A stretch of DNA of 58,907 bases, filler included, from Sluysia triapertura (Eukaryota), in NCBI GenBank assembly GCA_046118255.1. It is 4 parts of 4 records of this genome, joined end to end, with 100 filler letters (N's around TTAATTAATTAA, not from the genome) between each part and the next. Parts side by side here need not be neighbours in the genome. Positions count along the whole stretch, not along the records: positions 44,960 to 58,907 come from JBJNIA010013424.1; 3 more parts are not named here. The stretch is one strand, 5' to 3'. Positions 49,031 to 58,907 of the stretch are shown here, piece after piece; position 1 is the first letter of the stretch, and every line of letters starts with the position of its first letter. The position numbers and the translations under genes are program-made. The notes under the pieces were generated by a model. That model had not been told where the DNA came from. It searched no databases and saw only the letters and a program-made list of their open reading frames with translations.

Positions 49031-52000
49031 TATACATAATTGTTTCAATAAAATTAATTAGAAATTGTTTCGTATTAAGAATATTGCATGTGTCTTTTAT
49101 CTAACAGCCACAAAATAAAAGAAACATTTACTAAATATCCCGCATGAATTTCCTACGACATAGAAAATACAGATTCACAAAAGACTATCAGATATCCTTC
49201 TTGTAAGTTTAATTTTAGAAACCCTATAGGTTCGTCGCTCATTATAACAATGACTCTAACATGTGTTTTATTATTTCAACTGAAACATTAAAATCCACTA
49301 TTATCGTCATAACATATCACAATAATGATAATATTACAAAATAAACAATAATAAAATAATAACAATAACATTTAATTAATTATTAAAAAATATCATAGAA
49401 CAGCCATTGGAATTAGTAATGAAAAAAATAATTAATTTTAATCTCACTCACATAGCGAGTAATTAAGAATGTCCGAATTTCGAAAACTTAATTTTTAAAT
49501 CAAATGATTACCTAATGTAATTAAGTTTCTGAAAAGTTATGAAAACTAATGCAATGTTTGAAGATCTAAAGTAACAATAATTGACAACGAAAAAAGTATA
49601 AAATTAAGTAACTTTTTTGATATACACAGCTAAAATCTAGTTTTGAAAAAAACACGACACAGGCTACACCAAATACACCAACTAAAAAGCAAAAATAATC
49701 TTGGAATTTAGTGAATTGTTATTTTGGTATATAATGTTGAAATGTTTGTGTTAAAATATATTGTTTATTAAAATTAAAACAATGTTTATTCATATAAATT
49801 TTTTTACAGGTTAATAAAAAAATTATTACTCGGTTCTTAATATAAAAATGGGTCTGAAGGACCTTTACTTTATCAAAATTAAACTCATAAATAACACAAT
49901 AAATTTTAGGCAATTTATTATATACAACAAAACATTGAATTATAAAAATTTCAGAATAAAAGTCAATAGTATAAAATTGCTTACTAATGACATTTATAAA
50001 ATTTGGTTCATTTTCATGTTTGACGCGCCGAGTGAAGCTGGAGGTGTTGATAATACATGATAACAAATAGAATCATAAATAAATAGAATCAAATAGAATA
50101 ATAAATATGTTGATAATTCTGAAAACGAGCCATATTACGATAATCATTGTAACAAATACCAACGGATGGGTAGTATATAAATGATGTTGGCATATCCATT
50201 TCGTATGGTACTAAATGGTCACTATTACTAATATTACTACGTCTGTTACCTGAATCGTAATCAGATCTGGGATCTCTATCGTCATCCCGATGAGGAGTAC
50301 ATCGCTTAAAATCTCAAGGAAATTCAACTAGTAAAGAAGATTCATCGTAACCATAACGATCACGTACAGCATCTTGAGCATCATGTTTATAATCAAATAC
50401 AAAAAATAAAAGGTAGTACATTACGAAGTTTAATATCTATATCATCGTCTATATTCATGCTTAAAACACCAAATATTGAATTCTCATAGCGAACAATCTG
50501 TTGACATGAAGACATGATAACTGTTGAGATTAAATTAGAAACTGTCTTTTGTAGTTTTTGATTTGATGTATTGCTTGTTTTGGAAGTCATTAAATAAAAT
50601 GGCTACTGCTAACTTTATTATTAATTCTCATTTTGTTATTATCAATACCATTAATTTATATTATCATTTATCAGTTAATTACGCTTGATTTTGTTAGTTT
50701 TGAGTTTATGTTTTTATATGATTATCATTTAGATAACAGGCAATTCTATCGGATCCTAGAAATGCAACAAGAAGAACCATGGCGAAGTAAGATCAGAAAT
50801 TTAGAAATAGAAATTTTCATTGAAACATTGTTAAAATGTAAAATTACAATTTCTTTTTTTTAGTTGTATAAATTTTATTGTAGTTATTCTGTGTTCATAA
50901 TTTATTCTTTTAATATCAAGTTATTAGAATTATTTAAAAATGTTATATTTGGGTTCGAACTAAATTTTAGTGCACTATCGAAAATACTTTATGACAAAGA
51001 TGAAATTAAGAAAATTTATGAAATGTTAAAAAATAATAAGTTCAGATATTTAATGAAATTTACAGGAACATCTATTACTTTAACTTCAATTTTACCTGTT
51101 ACTATGATTATTCTTCATAAATATGAACTAAACCTTGAAATAGGTACTTTCCTAATAAGTTCATTACTTAAACATATTCATCCTATAATGAGTTTAAATG
51201 TAGAACTTTATAACAATAATAAGCCCTCGACAAGAACCAAAACTTCAAAATTACATGCCCAAACTATTAATTCTCTTCTAAAATTATTTATAAAATATTA
51301 TTTAACACCACTCGGCGCATCATCCCCCAGAGGAATAATTGGCTGAAACCTCCTACATTAGGTGTTTTTTCATTATAAATCACTATATAAATTAGTAACA
51401 TTACTGAAATTTCGATATTATATTTGAGAACTCGAATTTGAATTATTATTGACACGATCAGTTCCATGCTACAAGTATCATTGTGTATTTCAGGAATTTA
51501 ATATTATGTATAAAGCTTTGTACGAATTAAGGCTACTCCTATAATTATCTTTAATTTTATTGTGTTATTTTATTTTTATTTAAACAAAATTTTATTATTA
51601 AATTTTAACATTATTAAAAATTTATTGTTAAATTTTAATATTAATAATTTTAAAATTTTTTAATTAAATTTTAAGGAGTGGGATTCTCTTGTAGGGAGAA
51701 TTGACCCACATTAAATTCTTTTAAATTCTTATTGTTTCTTTAGCATTAAATATAATTACGATGATTGAGACGATAATAGTCATTATAATAATAATGATAA
51801 AAATAATATTAACATAGACCTCCCTAATAATAAAATTAATCTTAAAGAACATACGCAGCATCACATAATAATATTCAAATACTTGCCAAACCCATAATCG
51901 CAACACATTCTTCACAAACATTTACTTAACGACGAAATAATACAAAAGACGATAAAATACAAAAAAACAGAATCGTGTATAAGAATAACATAAAACCTAC

Positions 52001-54363
52001 CACAATACATACAATAACTATTTTAAAATAAACATACCGAGAACTTAAGTTTCCTTAATGTACCGTATCCATTGTGTACATGGATTACACCTTCCTTCCC
52101 TTTATCGCTTGCACCAACATAATGACATAAGTCCTAGGCGAACAACCACAGAAGCACTATACAATTCTGTACAATAAATTCTTGACCCTGTCATCAATAC
52201 TAAACACTTACTGTACACACATTAACAGATTTTAATTTTAGATTAAGATTAAAATAGAATAGAAATAATTGAGGGCGTTTATGAAATGAAGATTTTCTGA
52301 ATAACTACGATGACGGTGATGGCAATAGTTGTGGTGAGAAGAGAAATGAAGATGACAATAACGTAGTCGTGACAGAATTCATAATGGTGGAATTATGAAT
52401 TATGATCATTATAGTGGAAAATATTATAATTATTTGTTTCGTGATANNNNNNNNNNNNNNNNNNNNNNNNNNNNNNNNNNNNNNNNNNNNNNNNNNNNNN
52501 NNNNNNNNNNNNNNNNNNNNNNNNNNNNNNNNNNNNNNNNNNNNNNNNNNNNNNNNNNNNNNNNNNNNNNNNNNNNNNNNAATAGATTAATAAAATCACT
52601 TAATATTTTAGTGAATAATTTAACAAATTGTTTATATGCTCCCCTACAAAAACCATCATTAAAAATTGAAACAAGTATAAAAATAACACATTATAATAGC
52701 GATTAATATAAAAATATATTATTTCAGTTTTAATTGAATTTTTATCAATTCAAGAACAATTTTCTGTAACAAATATAAAATAACATTTGTAACATTGTAC
52801 ATCTGGATTTGAACCATTTATGTTATTATTATTAATGTTTTGTTTATCAACGATGCGCACGTTATGCAATTACAAAACTGTCACGGAACCAATTATGCTA
52901 TTGTTTACCAATGATATCCGCATTATGTAACTATAAAACTTGTATGGTTATTATATTTCTATTTGGTTTAGCTTTAGTTAATTGTTTATGTAAAATAGGA
53001 TGTTGTTACGCATCAAAGTTACGAATAGTTTTATTAATATTTAGTCGTAGATTGTTACATTATCGAATATTTCCTTGGAATATTTCAATTTGTTTTACGC
53101 TAATTTGTGTGATTTATAAGTAACAAAGTTGGTTTACATCATTATAATGAGATTCAGATAAGCCTGGAACGATTAGTAGTGTGTTATAGAATGAATATAA
53201 TATCATTGTGTCATATTGCTGTTTTTACTGAATAAGTTTTAACATTTTTACGTTTTCATGACCTTAATCCGAATATAAGTTTGATAAAATTAAAAAAACA
53301 AATTTCAATAATCTTTTAAAGTTTACGAAGACAAGAATTAGAAATTTTAATTGTACTAAAATCAAATTGAGCATTAAAATTAAAGTATTCATTACATTTA
53401 GGTATGAATTTATGTGTGGGTAAGACACCAAGATAATAATAATAGTAGTAATAATAATTGTGCTATTAATAATAATAAGATAATAATATATTAATGATAT
53501 TATGAATTTATTGTTGTAATAGTTGTAAATAAACGAATTTAAACATCTAAAATAAATATTAACGACAAATCTTTGTAAAATAAAACTTTATAAATAAATT
53601 GTAAATATATATATTATGTTTAAAATTTGTAATTGTAAATAAATATAATAATGAATGAAAGATGTCTAATAATAGTGAGCCAATGAATACTTCTGAATAA
53701 TGAATTTTCCTGAATAAACATGTGTTGGATTGAATGTGTTGGATTAAAAATAAAATATTTTCAGTATAAAATTGTGATAGTATAAATATTAAAATTATAT
53801 ATTTGAATTGAGAAAAATTCTAAAATAATTTTATCAATAAATGTGCAGAAATGGTAGGAATTTATGTAATAGATTTAAAATGCAAACGAATTTCGCTATA
53901 TAAATGATGTAAAAAAACTTTTGAAAAAATATTGATAATATTTATTAGTTCGATTGAAGTGGTATGTAGCTTCGATTAAGTAATTAGGGTTGGGAGCAGA
54001 GACGAATATCGAACTGAGACTCTTTCAAGTTTAATTTATAAAAGAGATATTACGTAAATTAAGGAAATAGCACATTTTAAGCTAAGTTATGAAAATTATT
54101 TAATTTAGATCAAGAATCCTTGGATTAATAATTTAGATTTTAAAGATTTGGAATAACAGTAAGCAATCAAAGTATTACTAATAAAGTTATTAGTTTTTAG
54201 GGAAAAACAAATTGAAAATTTTATAAATGATCATACTTTGAAAGTCTACAAGTTTAGCATTAGCAGTACAAGAATAAATTTCGAGAAGAATCAAAGTCTA
54301 AACGGACTAGGAATTATGGTGTGAGATTAAATAGAACATAAAGAACATTTTTTAAATTTTAAA

Positions 54364-54419
<56 letters not shown>

Positions 54420-55469
54420 GCTTAAATTGCAATTATCATATTTGCAATTTAACCTAATAAACAATTAGCAATTTTTTCAATTCTCTAAAATTCGTGTTTA
54501 ATTTTACAAAAAAAGTAGGTTAGATTCAAAATAAGCTCGATTGTGCAGTAGCCAAGATAAGCGAAGGATTCCGAGATTACATAAATAATTCATTAAAAAG
54601 ACGTTAGTTTATATTATGACGTTATATTTCAAACAGTAGCCTAAAATGTACTCAAAATACGATTTAATTTTTTTGAACATCCATTTTAAATCTGCAGATA
54701 AAATAACAATAAACCTCTTTAAATTGCTGAAATATAGTTTGCTCATTCTTTATTATTAAGCATTACCTTCTCTTAATTGATTTTGTTGCTAAAGCCTTAT
54801 TAAACCCTAAAATTCGGCGTACTTTTTAAATTCACATTTTAATTTAAACCCTCGTTTTAAATAGAAGAATGTGGTGAATTCTCCTATCTGGCCTTAAGTC
54901 AGCAGTAAATTTTAATCAAACATTCACTTTTAAATTAAATTTATTAAAGAAAAATAGTAATGTTAAATTAGTCATCTATTTAATCCTATATATTGGCAAT
55001 AAAAGCATAAGATTAAATCATTACATGAGTAAGAGTAATAATGAAATATTTGAGTTAGTTAAAGAACTCTTTAATTTCGCAAAAAGAGAAATTATTTATT
55101 CTAAAGACGACATTACTGACATTCTTATTCACATATTAGAAAGCAATATTATTATCTTCTAAGATCTATGTATAATCTTTCTTAATCAAATTCGACAGCC
55201 CATCATTTAAACATCCTATACAAAGGCCTACATCAATTTTAAGACTTTTACCATGGATGTATGATTAAACAAATTTTCACTACAAAAATGATACAATATT
55301 TTAATTTTTGATACTAAACTTTCAGTTATTACCAAAAATAATTTTAGAATTTATATTTTTTATATTTATATTTCATAATTTAGTCAAGAAATTGAAAAAT
55401 ATTTATCACGCCAATATTCAAGGCGATAATAGATTGGAGAATGAAGCAGAACAAATAATATCTCAAACT

Positions 55470-55737
55470 AATGACGATGGTGATGATGATGATCATGCTA
55501 ATGATAATAATAATAATAATGATGACGATGATGATCATGATCATGATAATAATAATAATGATGACGATGATGATCATAATGATCATAATAATGATGACGA
55601 TGATCATGATAATGATAATGATAATAATGATGACGATGATGATCATGATCATGATAATAATAATGATGATCATGATAATAATAATGATGATGATGATGAT
55701 GATCATCATGATAATAATAATGATGACGATGATCATA
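55470..55737. repeat. Compound GAT/AAT/CAT trinucleotide minisatellite (Asp/Asn/His-coding in ORF 55308-55760)
   Basis: Units such as AATGATGACGATGATGATCATGATCATGATAATAAT recur with variable length. Confidence 0.9.
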
Positions 55738-58700
55738 TCAAACTTACACATATCAAATGACCGTCTAACTATTTTAATAATTTTAATCTCCCACTTATCG
55801 TAGATACAACAAATCGTTGTAGGAACCGATTCTTAAGCATACCTTCCTTACTTAATATCAAGTCCAAATTCAGACGGGCCTCGCAAACAGTCTCAATACA
55901 TTTAAAGTAAACAAGTGAGAAAAACAAATAGTAATATAAATTTTACCGATATTTTATTTTGTTACTTTTAAATTTCACTCTTATCAAAATAACAAACATA
56001 CTTGCTTCATAGATTGTCTCTTTCCAATTGTTCTGGCATCTCCATTCAACAGAAAGTGCACGAAAACGAATTTCTAAATAACATAGATTAGTAAATAAAC
56101 AATTATAAAATTAACATCGATGAGTTTGAATAGTTAACCTAAAGATCATCTATGGCTTTTAAATAACTCATATTTAATGAATTAATGACTTTTTTCCAAT
56201 AAAAATGTGCTTTTCTAAATATCTGTGATTTTCAGACCGATATTCTTCTAAATAATTTAAATTAAAGTAGTATAAATATAAGATACACACGAAAAGTTCG
56301 TTGTTGAAAATTCTTTAAAGGTCGCAGTACAAAAGCAGTTTAGACACATTCAAGTTATATATTAATCTGCGATTGTATAATACCTGACTTAGACTAATTT
56401 GAAATTTTTTCACCGAGCATTTTAAGCGGTCGTTAAAATCTAATCAAAATCAATTTTTTAAATAAATAAAATCACTATTCCGCCTGTCTTTTTATTTTGT
56501 GTCTACTTAAAATCTTAATATTGTATTACTTTTAATAAAAATATAAATTAAATTAACTTAAACTTGACATACATTGCACATTTTGACGTCTCATTTTAAT
56601 AGGAGCTTAAATTAACATCCAATCTGACTTTTGACCAATCATTTTAAAATCATATTTTTCATTTTAAAAACAAGTTCAAATCAAATATAAACTGGACTAT
56701 AAAACTATAAACACTTAATAGAATAAGCATAGATTGAGTAAATAGCATAAAGATAAATTAGTTATGCTTGCTATTTATACTTTCTGAAATCCTGTGAATA
56801 AGACATTCTCTAAGACTTAGATCACAAGCGAACTTATTTATTTTTGTTTTCATTTATGATTGTGTCTCCTCGATTTAATAGAACCACTATGCCTTTCCGC
56901 TTAACGAAATTTTTAATCACATTATCGATAATTAATAAATATCGCATAATCAAACCACGAAATTGACACTCATTTGTCAAACCAACTAAAATTAAATGAC
57001 AAGTAACGTCAAGTTCACAATCTTCTAAATATTTGCATTACGCATTTCTCAACATTATATATTTGCGACATTCAATACGCAATAAGCCCACGCTAGTTTT
57101 TGTGATTAAATAAATATTATATTTGAAATCGTTCCTTCACGAAGATGCATTTTTTATTCTATTTGTTTTATGATTCATAGTTCCTTTTGTTAGCACTTAG
57201 AATTAACAATATTCTACCAGAACAATTTTCCTTAAATGTACAACTTTCCAAAAACATTACTTCAATTACTTCAAACGTATTTCAATTAATCTAATTAAAT
57301 TAATTAATAAATGTACTTTTATCAATTTATACCTTAAAACGTATTTAAGAGTTTCCTAAGAGTTACCTTTCTTGTCCTATGCAATTTATCCGTTAATAAT
57401 CTTTATTACAATTATTATTATAATTTCCATTATTATTAATATTATCAATAATCACATTATTAACTGTCATTATAAATTTCATATATTTCTGATTATATTT
57501 TATTATTATTTTTAACTGTCATATATTAATTCCATTAATTAATTTTTGAATATTATTTTATTTACTGTTAATTTAATTTTATATCCAGACCTGACAAATG
57601 ATTTCATCTCTGTCTCTTCATAATTCGACAATATATTTTTATATCTAACTATTTAATAAATAATAACAAAGATCATAGTGAACAATTTTCAGTCGTAGAT
57701 AATTTAATAATTTTGTTGGTTCTCAACTAATGCTTTCTTTAATAACTAGTATTTCATTTTAATAAAATAATATATTTATTATGTATCATCCTGTTTTACA
57801 ATAATCTGATTAATATCGTTTTTTGCTTTGAGTAGTTAATAAAAATGTTATTCTTCTACATTTTAAATAACATATTTAATTTATTAGACTTCTCTAATTA
57901 AATGTGATTCTTTATTTTATGATATTTATATATAAATAGATGTATCAAATTGTATTTTCAAATTTAGTTTGTTTGAAATTTATTCCATAATATTTTATAA
58001 TTTTTGATTTGTAAGAAATTAATCATCCATAAAAATATTATGAATAAACAAAACATCACAAGAATTGTCGAACCGTAGATGAACAATAACAGAAATAATA
58101 ATATTCAAAACCGAACAGAAATAACGAGCAATTCATTATCTCGTAATAACTGTGTAATAAGAGATACAAATTTAACACTTCCACCAGCAATATTAACTGA
58201 GGGTTCAACAATAAGTAATCAATATCAACAAAATCGATCAACCAATTCGATCCTAGTGGTAATTCAACATTAGCAAGTACCGTTAATGGTTCTAGTAGCA
58301 CATTAATTAAATCAACATCAAATCATCGAGGAACATTAATCTTCATTGCGGTTATAAATATATTTAATTGTAAAAATTGTTTTTAAATACACTATTATTA
58401 TTCATAAGTGTTTCATTTACAAGAACATGTGCAAGTGTACTGGAGGACCAAATATTTTATCCAATAAATTACTCCGGAAATGCGATTAATAAAAGTTTAG
58501 AATACATAATATTTTCCATAATACAATAAATTCTGAAAAATGAGACTAACTCAAGTACAGAATTTGGTGGATATCTTAAGAAATCAGAAAAAAAATTACA
58601 GATCTCAATATCCAAAAAATTCATGTGTCAAATACACAAAAACAATAATATGTGCAACCATATAATCATAGTTACGTTAGCCCTTATCGAAATCATGTGT

Positions 58701-58907
58701 TATAGATTTATTTTCGAATTATTTGTGTGCCAATGATTTCTGAATTTCCACAAAATGAATTTCGAATAAATAATCTTTCATATTATTTCTAGTAAAACAT
58801 TTTACTACCGATGGTTATTTTAAATACATGAATGAAGATGGCGTTATTAAAGTATCTGAAATATTAAAGTGATTTTATTGCAATAATTCATTGGATATCG
58901 AATATGT

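Overview
Very AT-rich (about three-quarters AT by eye) eukaryotic DNA, most likely from an invertebrate animal with motile cilia. It is not prokaryotic. The window is four pieces joined by artificial 100-nt linkers (N44-TTAATTAATTAA-N44), plus two ordinary N gaps. I reconstructed spliced, GT-AG-bounded exons for six genes, none complete here: leukotriene A4 hydrolase (-), mitochondrial-type isoleucyl-tRNA synthetase (-), a PGP-x-Y (SHIPPO-repeat) ciliary protein resembling CIMAP2/LEXM (+, absent from the ORF track), the first 8 exons of CDC45 (-), the last exon of a divergent profilin (+), and 6 exons of an outer-arm dynein heavy chain (+). The rest is transposon debris (L2/CR1-type LINE 3' ends, mariner, Tc1, pogo/Tc2 and hAT MITEs, a Ty3/gypsy RT relic), microsatellites and decayed intronless ORFs. 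Most notable: (1) intact pieces of three different genes sit within 9 kb in an order ordinary cis-splicing cannot complete, with a repeat at each junction (assembly chimera or real rearrangement); (2) a 2-3 member intronless family combining an Asn/Asp-rich tract with one Unkempt-type CCCH finger; (3) a ~94% identical 136-bp inverted repeat with a TGT..ACA end around cargo-like ORFs; (4) 13 of 21 splice donors are GTT rather than GTR. Homology calls come from remembered motifs; no database search was run.
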